Shown here: piece after piece, positions 47,875-58,113 of the stretch
Position numbering within the stretch: position 1 is the stretch's first letter
Layout: each line of letters starts with the position of its first letter
From: an uncultured Gammaproteobacteria bacterium
GTDB taxonomy: Bacteria; Patescibacteriota; Patescibacteriia; SG8-24
DNA length: 64,000 bases
Direction: 5' to 3'
NCBI GenBank assembly: GCA_964491475.1
Contig: CAZBFO010000001.1
Coordinates: forward strand, 8,605 to 72,604
Translations under genes and position numbers: made by a program
The notes under the pieces: model-generated
Seen by the model: only the letters and a program-made list of their open reading frames with translations
The model's database searches: none
What the model was told of the DNA's origin: nothing

Positions 47875-49392
47875 ATGACGTCGACCCGAGCCAGAAAGGA
47901 TTTCTCAAAGACGATGCGCGACGGGTTCGATTGGTTTTTTAATCTCCCTTCCGTGAAGCGGTGGCGTGAGGCGCATCCGACACTGGTCGCCTACGCCGAA
48001 CGACGGCTGTCGCCCCAAGGATTCGCGGGCCTGCCCCTCACTCTTCTTGCCGCCGCTTTTCTGTACACGGTCGTCCTCTTCCTGGGGCTCGTTGAAGACT
48101 ACCTTTCGCACGACCCGCTCATTCTGGCCGACGTGCGTATCGCCAACTTGCTCTTCTACTTTCGCAATGATCATCTTCTGCGATTCTCGTATTTCGTCAC
48201 GTTGCTTGCCGAAGCGGGCGTGATCATCGCGGTCGCTGTCGGGCTTTCCGCGCTCTTTTGGTTTCGACGCCAACGCATCTTCATCGTGACGCTTTGGCTC
48301 ACCTTGATCGTTGCGGAAGGCACGACGTTCGCCGGAAAGCTGGTCTTTCACCGTGCGAGGCCGGACGAGCTTCTCCGCGCAGTGAGCGAAGATTCCTTCT
48401 CGTTTCCGAGCGGGCATGCGACAGGTGCCGCGGCCTTTTACGGCCTTCTTGCCTACCTGTTGCTGCGCTCCGTCAAATCATTGAGAACGAGAATCTCGGT
48501 CGTATTTTCCTTCGCGGTCCTGGTGCTGCTCGTTGACTTCAGCCGCTTGTATCTCGGCGTGCATTACCTAAGCGACGTTTTGGCCGGAAATCTCGTCGGA
48601 TTGGCGAGTTTGCTTTTTGCCGTCGGTCTCACGGAATGGATGATTTCCCGCAATCCGGCCGAGGGGCCAGTGCGCTTCTCGTGGACTGATCTTGGGATGA
48701 CGGCAGTCGGCACGTCCGTCGTCGTTTCGACTTTTTTCTTCGTGATCGCGCGGCTCCCTCCGGCCCATCTTTCGGAAGCAACGCCGAAAAACGTCGGTGA
48801 CGAAGCCGTTTTGGGGCTGTTCGAGAGCGGAGCATTGCCTCGGTATACCGAAACCTTGACCGGTGTAACGCAAGAGCCGGTGAACGTTGTCATCGTCGCG
48901 TCGGAGAAATGCTTCGAGAACGACGTGGCTTCCGGCGGCTGGACCCTGGCCGAAAGCGTTTCACCGTCGTCTGCGGAGCGCATCGCCAAAGCTGCGTTGT
49001 TCAATGACGAATATCCGACGGCACCGATGACCCCGTCGTTTTACCATGCAAAGCCCAACGATTACGGTTTTGAGAAAGAAACGGACAGAAAAAGCGTCCG
49101 GAGCCGCCATCATGCGCGTTTCTGGCGGTCCGGCTACGTGACGCCCCAAGGAGAGCTTTTTGTCGGCACTGCCAGTCTCGACACGGGCCTCAAATGGGGT
49201 ATCACCCACGCCATCGCGCCCGACATCGATACCGAGCGCGACGTCTTCGTCGCCGACATGGAGAAGGCGGGTATCGTGGCGGAAAAGCGGCTCGTCCCCT
49301 TCGTGCAGCCGATTCTCGGTCAAAATTTCGCAAGAGACCCATTCTTCACGAATGGTCAGGCTGCGATTCTGACATTTAAGAAGTGTTTTTGA
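47875..49392 (+). CDS. PAP2-family membrane phosphatase with C-terminal extracytoplasmic domain
   Basis: PAP2 motifs KLVFHRARP, PSGHA and SRLYLGVHYLSDVLAG. About 6 TM segments, then a roughly 230-aa soluble domain. Confidence 0.75.
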   Translation: MTSTRARKDFSKTMRDGFDWFFNLPSVKRWREAHPTLVAYAERRLSPQGFAGLPLTLLAAAFLYTVVLFLGLVEDYLSHDPLILADVRIANLLFYFRNDHLLRFSYFVTLLAEAGVIIAVAVGLSALFWFRRQRIFIVTLWLTLIVAEGTTFAGKLVFHRARPDELLRAVSEDSFSFPSGHATGAAAFYGLLAYLLLRSVKSLRTRISVVFSFAVLVLLVDFSRLYLGVHYLSDVLAGNLVGLASLLFAVGLTEWMISRNPAEGPVRFSWTDLGMTAVGTSVVVSTFFFVIARLPPAHLSEATPKNVGDEAVLGLFESGALPRYTETLTGVTQEPVNVVIVASEKCFENDVASGGWTLAESVSPSSAERIAKAALFNDEYPTAPMTPSFYHAKPNDYGFEKETDRKSVRSRHHARFWRSGYVTPQGELFVGTASLDTGLKWGITHAIAPDIDTERDVFVADMEKAGIVAEKRLVPFVQPILGQNFARDPFFTNGQAAILTFKKCF

Positions 49393-49509
49393 TCGATTTT
49401 GGGAGAACGAACGGCCGCTGACTACGCCGGTGGTTTTGTTTCCGCCCGTGCTTGCCGCGCGCCCATAGTTCACCTACACTACAAGGCGTAATGCACCCTA
49501 TCCCAAGCC

Positions 49510-50796
49510 ATGTCCCAAACCGCACAGCCGACGACGCTCGCCTCGAACGCGGGGAAAATCGCGCAGATGCTCAACAAGGTCCCCGAAGTGACAATCTACT
49601 TTTGGGTCATCAAGGTGCTCTGCACCACGGTCGGCGAAACCGCCTCGGACTTCCTCAACGTCAACTTGAACTTCGGCTTGGTGAAGACTTCCGTGGTGAT
49701 GGGCCTGCTCTTCGCCGTCGCGCTCTTCTTTCAGATGCGCATGAAGAAGTACGTGGCCGGACTGTATTGGGCGACGGTGGTGCTCATCAGCGTGTTCGGC
49801 ACGCTGGTCACCGACAACCTTTCTGACAGCATGCACGTGCCGCTGGAATACAGCACCGTCGCTTTCAGCGCGCTGCTGGCGCTCACTTTCGGCATCTGGT
49901 ACGCGAACGAGAAGACGCTCTCGATGCATTCCATAGTCACGACGCGGCGCGAGAGCTTCTATTGGCTGGCGATTCTCTTCACCTTCGCGCTGGGTACCGC
50001 ATCGGGCGACCTCATGGCCGAGAGCCTCGGTCTCGGCTACGCCACGACCGGTCTCATCATCTGCGGCGTCGTCGCCGCGCTGGCGATCGCCTGGCGCCTG
50101 GGCCTCAACTCGATCCTGTCGTTCTGGCTCATCTACGTGATGACGCGGCCGCTCGGCGCCTCGTTGGGCGACTACCTTTCGCAGCCCGCAAAATACGGCG
50201 GGCTCGGGCTCGGTGCGACGGTCACGAGCGCGGTTTTCGTCGCGGCCATCATCGCGACAGTCGTGTTCCTGACGCTCACGCGACGCGATGTCGTCTCCGC
50301 GTCCGTCGCAAACGCGGAAGCGGAAGAAGAGAAGGCCGAACGGGGAGGGCTGTGGCAGACGGCCGTCGTCCTCGCGATCCTTCTGTTGGCATCCGGCCTC
50401 GGTTATTCCTCCAGGCGTGCCGCGCTGATGGCACCGGCGAATGACGCGCCGAACCCGGGCACGGCCGCAGCGGGCGCAGGTTCGGAAGTGAGCGCAGGCA
50501 AGGACGCCCGCACGCGGCCGCTCGGCGACCTCTCAAGTTTCCGGGCCATCGTGCAGGACTCGCACGACCTGGTCGTCGCAGGCAAGCTGTCCGATGCCAA
50601 GACGCGCATCGCCGACCTTGAATTCGAATGGGACAACGCCGAAGCGCGGCTCAAGCCGATGAACCCGGCAAAATGGACCGAAATGGACGGCGCCATCGAC
50701 CGCGTGTTGCGGGACTTGCGCGCAGTCAATCAGGACGGGGCGGCTTGCAAGGCTTCGCTCGAGAAGCTGCTGTCGGTTATCGAGGGTGATTCGTAG
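49510..50796 (+). CDS. Multi-TM membrane protein with internal duplication (COG4705-like)
   Basis: Repeated motif VIKVLCTTVGETASDFL / LAILFTFALGTASGDLMAESL. C-terminal soluble helical domain. Confidence 0.55.
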   Translation: MSQTAQPTTLASNAGKIAQMLNKVPEVTIYFWVIKVLCTTVGETASDFLNVNLNFGLVKTSVVMGLLFAVALFFQMRMKKYVAGLYWATVVLISVFGTLVTDNLSDSMHVPLEYSTVAFSALLALTFGIWYANEKTLSMHSIVTTRRESFYWLAILFTFALGTASGDLMAESLGLGYATTGLIICGVVAALAIAWRLGLNSILSFWLIYVMTRPLGASLGDYLSQPAKYGGLGLGATVTSAVFVAAIIATVVFLTLTRRDVVSASVANAEAEEEKAERGGLWQTAVVLAILLLASGLGYSSRRAALMAPANDAPNPGTAAAGAGSEVSAGKDARTRPLGDLSSFRAIVQDSHDLVVAGKLSDAKTRIADLEFEWDNAEARLKPMNPAKWTEMDGAIDRVLRDLRAVNQDGAACKASLEKLLSVIEGDS

Positions 50797-50821
50797 GGCG
50801 GAAAGCTGATCTAATAAAAAC

Positions 50822-50850
50822 GGCGCCCGTCGATGGGCGCCGAAAGTCAG
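50822..50850 (-). terminator. Rho-independent terminator for mgtC-like gene
   Basis: Minus-strand GGCGCCCATCGACGGGCGCC + GTTTTTATT. Confidence 0.5.
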
Positions 50851-51536
50851 TGGTTCTTGTTTTCCCGCTGTTCCGGTGGCGGCGCCTGCTCGTCCACGCC
50901 GTGACTGTGGTGAGGAGGGTACTTTTTGGAGTATTCCTCGATTTTCCGCGTCAGCCGGTTGAGCGTGTAGAACGTGACGAAAACCATGATGGTGGTCACG
51001 ATGGCTTCCGCGTAGAAACCCAGGCCGACGGTGATGCCGAGGCCGCAGACCAGCCAGAGGGTCGCGGCGGTGGTCAGGCCAACGATGTGGTTGCCGCCGT
51101 TGGTGGGGCGGAGGATCACGCCGGCGCCGATGAAGCCGATGCCGGTGATGATCTGGCCTACGATGCGGGTCGGGTCGATGCGTAAGGTGGGGTATACGTC
51201 GACGATCAGCACTGCCGCGCAGGTCATCAGGCAGGCACTTAGCCCCACGACCGCGTTGGTACGCAGGCCGGCGGGTTTGCCGTGATACTCCCGTTCCGCG
51301 CCGATGAGCGTCGACAGCGTCAGAGCGACCAACAGGCGAAGGAACACGTCGATGCGCGAGATCGAGCCTTGGCCGTTCGCGGGCCTGCCGGCAGGACTCG
51401 TCGCGCCGATCAAGCCTCCCAACCGATGGAGGAGACTGGACGCGTCGGTGGCGGGACCGTGACCGACCAGGCAGCTGGCGACCATCAGGGAAAGGAACAG
51501 GACGGCGATGACCGCCAGGAACGTACGAGGACGCAT
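50847..51536 (-). CDS. mgtC: MgtC/SapB-family membrane protein
   Basis: IGAEREYHGKPAGLRTNAVVGLSACLM and GIGFIGAGVI motifs. Four or five TM segments. Acidic C-terminus. Confidence 0.7.
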   Translation of the reverse strand: MRPRTFLAVIAVLFLSLMVASCLVGHGPATDASSLLHRLGGLIGATSPAGRPANGQGSISRIDVFLRLLVALTLSTLIGAEREYHGKPAGLRTNAVVGLSACLMTCAAVLIVDVYPTLRIDPTRIVGQIITGIGFIGAGVILRPTNGGNHIVGLTTAATLWLVCGLGITVGLGFYAEAIVTTIMVFVTFYTLNRLTRKIEEYSKKYPPHHSHGVDEQAPPPEQRENKNH

Positions 51537-51673
51537 GGCGTGGTCCTTCTTTGCTCGGGTGTAGGTCGAGCTAAACAGGTTCTCGCGCGGAAGTCAACGG
51601 CAGGAGGTACCGTTGGCCGACTGCACGGCGGTGTGGTAGCATTTCGCCGTAACTCACCCAAGCAACCAAAAAC

Positions 51674-52012
51674 ATGAAGAAGTTTCTCGCGTTGTACATG
51701 GCCCCCGTCGGTTCCATGGACGAGATGATGAAGAACATGACTCCCGAAATGAAGGAGCAGCAGAACGCCTCTTGGAAGACTTGGATGGAAGCCAAGAAGG
51801 ACTCCATGGCCGAGATGGGCGCACCTGTCGGCAAGAACATGCGCGCACGCGCTTCGGGCGTCGAGGCGGTCCGCAACGAGGTCGGCGGCTATTCCATCGT
51901 CCAGGCCGAGACCCAGGAAGAGGCGGCCAAGCTGTTCATGGACAACCCGATGCTCATGGGCATGCCCAGCGCCTACGTCGAGGTGCTCGAGATCATGCCG
52001 ATGTCGATGTAA
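51674..52012 (+). CDS. YciI/DGPF-like small alpha-beta protein
   Basis: MKKFLALYMAP...W..W.....M.E.GAPVG....R.....V...VGGYSIVQAETQEEA matches the YCII-related/DGPF pattern. Confidence 0.45.
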   Translation: MKKFLALYMAPVGSMDEMMKNMTPEMKEQQNASWKTWMEAKKDSMAEMGAPVGKNMRARASGVEAVRNEVGGYSIVQAETQEEAAKLFMDNPMLMGMPSAYVEVLEIMPMSM

Positions 52013-52093
52013 CCGATGAAAGGCGGTCCGATGAACCTCGGGCCGCTTTTGCTTTTCGGGCTCTCGAGCGAACCTCTGCTATACTGTTGGCAT

Positions 52094-53002
52094 ATGAAAA
52101 AAATCATCCCACATCTTTGGTTCGACAAGCGGGCGAAGGAAGCGGCGGAGTTCTACGTGACCGTCTTTCCCAACGCCAAAGTCACGCACGCGTCGGTCAT
52201 TCACGACACGCCGTCCGGCGACAGCGAGATCGTGTCCTTTGAGATCGAAGGCCAGCCATTCATGGCCATCAGCGCCGGACCGTACTTCAGGATCAACCCC
52301 TCCATCTCGTTCATGGTCAACTATGACCCCTCACGCGACGCCGAGGCCGAAGCGCACCTGAACGCGGCCTGGGCCAAGCTGGCCGAGGGCGGCAAGGCGC
52401 TGATGCCGTTGCAGGAGTACCCATTCAGCAAGCGCTACGGCTGGATTCAGGACCGCTTCGGCGTTTCCTGGCAGCTTATCCTCACTAACCCGGCGGGGGA
52501 GCCGCGGCCGTTCATCACGCCGTCTCTGATGTTCACGGGAGCGGTCACCGGCAAGGCCGAAGAGGCGACCGACTTCTACATGTCGCTGTTCGCCGATGCC
52601 AAGCGCGGCACCGTGGCGCGCTACCCCGCGGGAATGGAGCCCAACAAGGAGGGTACGCTGATGTTCACCGACTTCACGCTGGCCGGGCAATGGTTTGCCG
52701 CCATGGACGGCGGCACGGTCCACGACTTCGGCTTCAACGAGGCGGTCTCGTTGCTGGTGAGTTGCGACACGCAGGAAGAAATAGACAAGTACTGGGCGGC
52801 GCTTTCGGCCGTGCCGCAGGCCGAACAGTGCGGCTGGTGCAAGGACAAGTACGGCGTCTCCTGGCAGATCGCCCCTGCGGCCATGCAGGAGATGATGACC
52901 AAGGGCACGCCGGAGCAGATGGCCCGCGTCACCAAGGCCTTCATGCAGATGAAGAAGTTCGACCTGGCCAAGCTGCAGCAGGCCTACGACGGGAAGAGCT
53001 GA
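52094..53002 (+). CDS. Tandem PhnB-like/VOC-family (3-demethylubiquinone-9 methyltransferase-like) protein
   Basis: Two repeats of IIPHLWFD...A.EA.EFY..VF....V...S.......V.F.L.GQ.FMAI.... The ATG at 52094 is preferred. Confidence 0.75.
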   Translation: MKKIIPHLWFDKRAKEAAEFYVTVFPNAKVTHASVIHDTPSGDSEIVSFEIEGQPFMAISAGPYFRINPSISFMVNYDPSRDAEAEAHLNAAWAKLAEGGKALMPLQEYPFSKRYGWIQDRFGVSWQLILTNPAGEPRPFITPSLMFTGAVTGKAEEATDFYMSLFADAKRGTVARYPAGMEPNKEGTLMFTDFTLAGQWFAAMDGGTVHDFGFNEAVSLLVSCDTQEEIDKYWAALSAVPQAEQCGWCKDKYGVSWQIAPAAMQEMMTKGTPEQMARVTKAFMQMKKFDLAKLQQAYDGKS

Positions 53003-53147
53003 TTTTTTGCCGTGATTCGTTATGCCAATGACCGTTTGCAGCCGTGGACATCGTTTTCTGAAAAGCGCCGCGCGACCGACCTGCCCGAAGTGCTGGCCGG
53101 GGCGGTATCGCAAGACCGGCAAGAAGCCTGCGGCGAAATCCCGGTAA

Positions 53148-53185
53148 CGAAAAAGCGCCGGTCAGACCGGCGCTTTTCTTTTTCC
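53148..53185. terminator. Bidirectional rho-independent terminator
   Basis: AAGCGCCGGTCAGACCGGCGCTT is flanked by A-run and T-run, between convergent genes. Confidence 0.5.
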
Positions 53186-53190
53186 GCGGG

Positions 53191-54027
53191 CTACTGGCCG
53201 CTGATTGACTTGGCGACAACCGTGGTGGTCGTGTTTTGGCTGACCGTCACGCTCTTCACCACGCCCGCGCCCTTGGCCCACCATTCGGTCGTGGTGGTAG
53301 TCGACGGGGGAGGCGTGGGTATCTTCATGCCCGGCGGCAGTTTCATGCCGGAGGGCATGCCGGAAAGTTCGACGGTGCTGGTGCGCTTCACTTCGACTTT
53401 GACCGCGTCGAAGGTGCCGGCCGGCACGGTCACCGATTCTTTGGCGACCGCCTTGCTTTCGGTGGCGACGGTTGCGGTCACCGGTCCCATGCCGGCGGCG
53501 GCGCCCCCGCTCATTTCCATCCTGATTTTCTGTTCGCTCTTCCAGTCCGTGCCGACGGCCACGTTCTTCGGCAGGAAGGTGCCGCTGGAGGAGAGCACTT
53601 CGGTCTTCACCTTGGTTCCTTGCATGGCAGAGCCGAGATCGAAGGTGCCTTTCAGGGCCACCGTCCCGTCGGCGCAGTCGGCGGTCAGGTCGGCGGTGAT
53701 GCCGCCGTCAACCGCGGTGCGGAGCGTTGCGGTAGTGCCGCTGACGCTCAAGACGCTCAAAGTGTAGTCGGGCAACGGCTTGGCGCTGGGCGCGGAGGTC
53801 ACGCCGTAGGTGACGGTGAACCCGGCATGCAGCGGGTAGTAGGGGTTGCCGCAGGCGTCGCCAGACATGGCCTTCCGTTCCGGCGCCGCAGCCGGAGCCT
53901 TGTTTTCGTTTTTCGGAGCTGCGGGCTGTGCGGCCGACGGTGCGGGGGCGGGTTGGCCGCAGCCGGCGCCGACGAGCAGCAGTGACGCCGCCAAGATGAG
54001 CAGCGACGCGGAACGTTTTCCTGTCAT
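53191..54027 (-). CDS. Secreted lipoprotein, hypothetical
   Basis: MTGKRSASLLILAASLLLVGAGC lipobox. Beta-rich. The overlapping + strand ORF 53012-53767 is rejected. Confidence 0.55.
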   Translation of the reverse strand: MTGKRSASLLILAASLLLVGAGCGQPAPAPSAAQPAAPKNENKAPAAAPERKAMSGDACGNPYYPLHAGFTVTYGVTSAPSAKPLPDYTLSVLSVSGTTATLRTAVDGGITADLTADCADGTVALKGTFDLGSAMQGTKVKTEVLSSSGTFLPKNVAVGTDWKSEQKIRMEMSGGAAAGMGPVTATVATESKAVAKESVTVPAGTFDAVKVEVKRTSTVELSGMPSGMKLPPGMKIPTPPPSTTTTTEWWAKGAGVVKSVTVSQNTTTTVVAKSISGQ

Positions 54028-54180
54028 AGTGCGAAGGGGTGAATGAGACTTTATGCGGACATGATAACAACGCCTGGGACGCGGCGCAAACGGGCGGGAA
54101 TACCGGTTTTCCTTTGGAACCGCCCCCGCTCTGTGCTATCCTGACCGCGAAGCGGCCCCGATTGTCGGGAGCCCAATGAC

Positions 54181-54699
54181 TTGTCGCATCCTATGCCGAG
54201 TGTCGCGCCCATGAGCGCGCGTGGCGGCGCCGAGAAGTCCGGACGGACCTCGGGCTGGTACGTGCTGTTGCTCGCGTGGATCATCTACGCGGCGACGTAT
54301 TTTTTGGTGTTTAAGAAGATGGTCAAGGACGTGCCGGACGTCACCAACTGGCAGCTGCTGGATATCGCCCACAAGTACGGGCCGTTCATCGGCGCGGCGC
54401 TGGGGCTGGCGGCGTTTTTGGCGACGGAGATCGTCTACGTCTTCGCGCTGCTCTTCAGGGTGAAGGCGCGACGCGGCATGGCGTTGCTGCTGACCATTCC
54501 CGCCTACGCGGTTTGGGCGGCGTTCGGTTACGACCTGACGTACCGCGAGCCGCGCTACGCGGAAGTGGCCAAGGCCATCATTACCTACACGGGCAAACCG
54601 ATGCTGTACGCCGCCGTGGCCGTCATGGGCCTCGCCGCGCTCGGTCTGCTGCTGTCCCTCGGCGCGGCGCTTTTCAAGAAACGCGCACCCTCGCAATGA
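54181..54699 (+). CDS. Hypothetical 4-TM membrane protein
   Basis: Hydrophobic helices. The stop overlaps the next start (ATGATATGA). Confidence 0.45.
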   Translation: MSHPMPSVAPMSARGGAEKSGRTSGWYVLLLAWIIYAATYFLVFKKMVKDVPDVTNWQLLDIAHKYGPFIGAALGLAAFLATEIVYVFALLFRVKARRGMALLLTIPAYAVWAAFGYDLTYREPRYAEVAKAIITYTGKPMLYAAVAVMGLAALGLLLSLGAALFKKRAPSQ

Positions 54700-54700
54700 T

Positions 54701-55993
54701 ATGAAACACCTCCGCAACGCGCTCTTCGCCGTCAGCCTGCTGCTCCTTCCCGGCTGCAGCTTGGGCAGCATCATCTCGTTCAGCTGTTCCTTCATGGACG
54801 ACAGCGAGCATTGCTACCAGAGCGCCGCCGTCCAGAACGCCGACCCGCAGGAATGCGAAAAGGTCACCGGCAAGGATTTCGGCGGCGGGTCCAATCCGCC
54901 GCGCGACAAGTGCTACCTGATGATTGCCGAGAACACCGACAACTATTCGGTTTGCAAGGATATCCAGGGCGGCTTCATGTCGTACACGCAGGAGCAGTGC
55001 GTGACCGACATCGTCAAGAAGAACGGCGACCCCGACGGCTGCAACAACTTGGAAGGCACGGCCGTCGAAACCTGCAAACGGAATTTCGCCGCAACCATCA
55101 CCGCCGACAGCCTGACCGCCGTCAACGAGGAGGTCGAGAAGGCCAAGAGCGAGGCCGGTGCCAACCCCAACGACCCCGACGCGCAGGACAAGCTCAAGAA
55201 GCTGCTGGCCAAGCAGGCGGCGCTGTTCGAGAACGCCCCCGAAGCCGCCAAGAGCGCCTTCATGAAGAGCTCGCGCGAGGCGCTGCTGGCCGACATCGAC
55301 GACGCCGACGTGAAGGCCGAGATCGTGCGGCAGACCTTGGCCGCGCGAGATTCCAGCGGAGGCATGAGCCTGAACGACCAGCTGGCAAAGATGGCGGAAA
55401 TCAAGGAGCAACAGGAAACGGTCAAGCGCCTAGACGAGCAGGCTAACACGCTGATGGACCAGATCAAGTCGGGCGCCACCGACGTGGCCACCGACGCCTT
55501 CAACGAGAAATACGGCGGCGACATCGAGAAGTACAAGGCCGCCATGGCCCAGAAGGGCCGCGAGTACCTGGAGGCCAACGGGGGAGAAAAAGTGAAGAAC
55601 GGCATCGCCCAGCTGGAGAGCCTCAAGGAAAAGTACGACAAGGCTTCCGAGCAATACGAGAAGATTTCCGAACAGATCGACAAGCTGAAGAAGGTCTACG
55701 ACGAAGTCTCCGAGGTGTACGCCAAGGTCGACGAGGTCAACAAGCTGGTCGGCGCGGGCAAGATCGACCCGGGCAAGGCGCAGGCGCTGTACGGCGCCAT
55801 CTACCTGGGCAAGGGGCTCGAGTACGCCACCAAGTACATCCCGGTCTTCGGCAGCACCGCCTCGACCGTCAGCAAGGAAGTGATGAACGCCACCGTGAAG
55901 TTCGCCACCAAGCGGGCAGCGCGCACCACGGCCATCGACAAGTGCATCGACGACCCCGAACATTGCGACCCTAACGGCATTACGCCATACTAG
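54701..55993 (+). CDS. Lipoprotein with Cys-rich N-domain and long coiled-coil
   Basis: MKHLRNALFAVSLLLLPGC lipobox. Six Cys in the first 120 aa, then Lys/Glu/Ala-rich heptad repeats. Confidence 0.55.
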   Translation: MKHLRNALFAVSLLLLPGCSLGSIISFSCSFMDDSEHCYQSAAVQNADPQECEKVTGKDFGGGSNPPRDKCYLMIAENTDNYSVCKDIQGGFMSYTQEQCVTDIVKKNGDPDGCNNLEGTAVETCKRNFAATITADSLTAVNEEVEKAKSEAGANPNDPDAQDKLKKLLAKQAALFENAPEAAKSAFMKSSREALLADIDDADVKAEIVRQTLAARDSSGGMSLNDQLAKMAEIKEQQETVKRLDEQANTLMDQIKSGATDVATDAFNEKYGGDIEKYKAAMAQKGREYLEANGGEKVKNGIAQLESLKEKYDKASEQYEKISEQIDKLKKVYDEVSEVYAKVDEVNKLVGAGKIDPGKAQALYGAIYLGKGLEYATKYIPVFGSTASTVSKEVMNATVKFATKRAARTTAIDKCIDDPEHCDPNGITPY

Positions 55994-56000
55994 GCAGGTC

Positions 56001-56711
56001 ATGTTACGCGCCCGAACACTTCTCATCGCGGCGGCAGCCCTGGCCCTTGTGCCGGCTGCCGCCGGTGCCGTTACGAACCTCAACGCCGACGTCGAGGCGC
56101 AGGTTCGGGCGGCTTTTGCCGACGCTCCCGACATGATCGCCGCGGCCAAGTGCGAGTCCGGCTACCGCCAGTTCAACGACGACGGCTCGCCGTTGCACGG
56201 GGGCTGGGGCGGCAAGTACGTCGGCATCTTCCAGATCAGCGAGGAGGTACATTCGGCCGAAGCAGCGCGGCTGGGCGACGACATCAGCACTGTCGCAGGC
56301 AATATCGCCTACGCCCGCCACCTGTACGACCGCGAGGGGACAGTGCCGTGGGTCTCGTGCGTGCCGAAGAAGGTTGCGGCGGCAGCGGCGGCGCCCGCGC
56401 CGGCCTCCGTATCGAACGCTCTTTCCGGCGCAAGCTCCGACGCGCTGACCCTCACGCTCCGCACGGGCATGTCCGATCAGCAAGTAAAGACGCTGCAGCA
56501 GACGCTGAACGCCGCGGGCTATGCGGTCGCGGCCAGCGGTCCCGGCTCATCCGGCAGCGAAACCGAGCGCTTCGGCGCCCTGACGCGCGCGGCCGTCCGC
56601 AAGTTCCAGTGCGACAAAGGCATCGTCTGCCAAGGAGACGAGGACTCGACCGGCTACGGACTGGTCGGCAGACGGACTCGCTCTGCCTTGAACGCCCTGC
56701 TCGCGCATTGA
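56001..56711 (+). CDS. Secreted Rpf-like transglycosylase domain protein with C-terminal peptidoglycan-binding domain
   Basis: Signal peptide. AAKCESGYRQFN...GGWGGKYVGIFQIS resembles the Rpf/transglycosylase-like CESGGNW...GLYQFS. The C-terminal PG_binding_1-like LQQTLNAAGYAVAASGPGSSGSETERFGALTRAAVRKFQ. Confidence 0.6.
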   Translation: MLRARTLLIAAAALALVPAAAGAVTNLNADVEAQVRAAFADAPDMIAAAKCESGYRQFNDDGSPLHGGWGGKYVGIFQISEEVHSAEAARLGDDISTVAGNIAYARHLYDREGTVPWVSCVPKKVAAAAAAPAPASVSNALSGASSDALTLTLRTGMSDQQVKTLQQTLNAAGYAVAASGPGSSGSETERFGALTRAAVRKFQCDKGIVCQGDEDSTGYGLVGRRTRSALNALLAH

Positions 56712-56730
56712 TTCGCCCACCTCACACGTT

Positions 56731-58041
56731 ATGCCCACCCACGAACAAAAAGTCGCGCGCATCGCCGCGCAGCTCAAGGCGCATGTCAGCGGCAAGCCGG
56801 TGTCGTTCAAGAAGAAGGCCGTCTCTCACGAGGTGCCCAAGCTCTCCGACAAGCGCGTCGGCGACGAGAAGATCGACCTTACCGACCTCAACGCCATCTT
56901 GAGCATCGACCCGGAAAAGCGCATCTGCGTTGCCGAGCCGGGCGTCACTTTCGTGGACCTGGTCAATGCCACCATCAAGCACGGGCTGGTGCCCATCGTG
57001 GTGCCCGAGCTCAAGACCATCACCATCGGCGGCGCCGTGGCCGGCTGCTCCATCGAGTCGATGTCCTACGTTTACGGCGGCTTCCACGACACCTGCCTGG
57101 AGTACGAAGTCATCACGGCGAAGGGGGAGGTGCTGACCTGCACTCCCGACAACCAGCATCAGCTGGTGTTCCAGATGATGCACGGCACTTTCGGCACGCT
57201 CGGCGTCATCGCCAAGCTCACTTTCAAGCTGATTCCTTCCAAGCCGTTCGTGAAGGTCACTTACGAAAAGTACGCCGATCTGGAGTCCTACAAAGCCGCG
57301 ATCTGGAAGCGCTACCAGGCGCGCGATACGGACTTCATGGACGGCATCATCCACTCGCCGACCGAGCTGGTGTTGAGCCTGGGCCAGTTCGTCGACCAGG
57401 CACCGTATACGCACCGCTACGACTGGATGCGCGTCTACTACTTGAGCACCAAGACGCGCAAGGAGGATTACCTGCGCACGCCGGATTATTTTTTCCGCTA
57501 CGACAAGGGCGTCACCAACGTCACGCCGCGCTCGTTCCTGGGGCGCCTGTTCCTGGGCAAGTTCGTCGACTCCACCGTGGTACTGAAGTTCGCCAACAAG
57601 TTCCGCCGCTGGCTGCCCGCCTCGGCCATTCCCGTCACGCTCGACACCTTCATCCCGTTCTCGAAGATGACGGAGTTCATGGGCTGGTACGTGAAGGCCG
57701 TCGACCACTTCCCGCTGTGGATGGTGCCGTACAAGCGCGTGCGCACCTACGAATGGATCAACGACGACTTGGCGAAGAAAACGCCTGACGACCTTTACCT
57801 GGACATCGCCATCTACGGCCTGCGCCGCAACGACGGCAAGAACTACTACAAGATGTTCGAGGACGAGCTGCTGCAGATCGGCGGGCTCAAGACGCTCATC
57901 ACCCCGAACTTTTACACCGAGGAGGATTTTTGGAAGGTCTGGAACAAGCCGAACTTCGACGCCGCCAAGAAGGTCACCGACCCGGACAATATTTTCCGCG
58001 GCTTGTACGAGAAGACTTGCAGGGCGACGCGCGGGTTGTGA
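56731..58041 (+). CDS. FAD-binding (PCMH-type) oxidoreductase
   Basis: ICVAEPGVTFVDLVNATIKHGLVPIVVPELKTITIGGAVAG FAD-binding domain. C-terminal oxidase domain. Confidence 0.75.
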   Translation: MPTHEQKVARIAAQLKAHVSGKPVSFKKKAVSHEVPKLSDKRVGDEKIDLTDLNAILSIDPEKRICVAEPGVTFVDLVNATIKHGLVPIVVPELKTITIGGAVAGCSIESMSYVYGGFHDTCLEYEVITAKGEVLTCTPDNQHQLVFQMMHGTFGTLGVIAKLTFKLIPSKPFVKVTYEKYADLESYKAAIWKRYQARDTDFMDGIIHSPTELVLSLGQFVDQAPYTHRYDWMRVYYLSTKTRKEDYLRTPDYFFRYDKGVTNVTPRSFLGRLFLGKFVDSTVVLKFANKFRRWLPASAIPVTLDTFIPFSKMTEFMGWYVKAVDHFPLWMVPYKRVRTYEWINDDLAKKTPDDLYLDIAIYGLRRNDGKNYYKMFEDELLQIGGLKTLITPNFYTEEDFWKVWNKPNFDAAKKVTDPDNIFRGLYEKTCRATRGL

Positions 58042-58113
58042 GCCGTGCGGGCGCGTTGCGCGGGTGCGCCGGGGAGGTGTATCCTTTGGGCATTATCCTT
58101 TGCCGCGCTACGC

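Noticed and set aside
53012-53767. + strand ORF 53012-53767
   Set aside because: It overlaps the minus-strand lipoprotein gene, which has a clear lipobox signal peptide and its own terminator. The + ORF is low-complexity with no signal.
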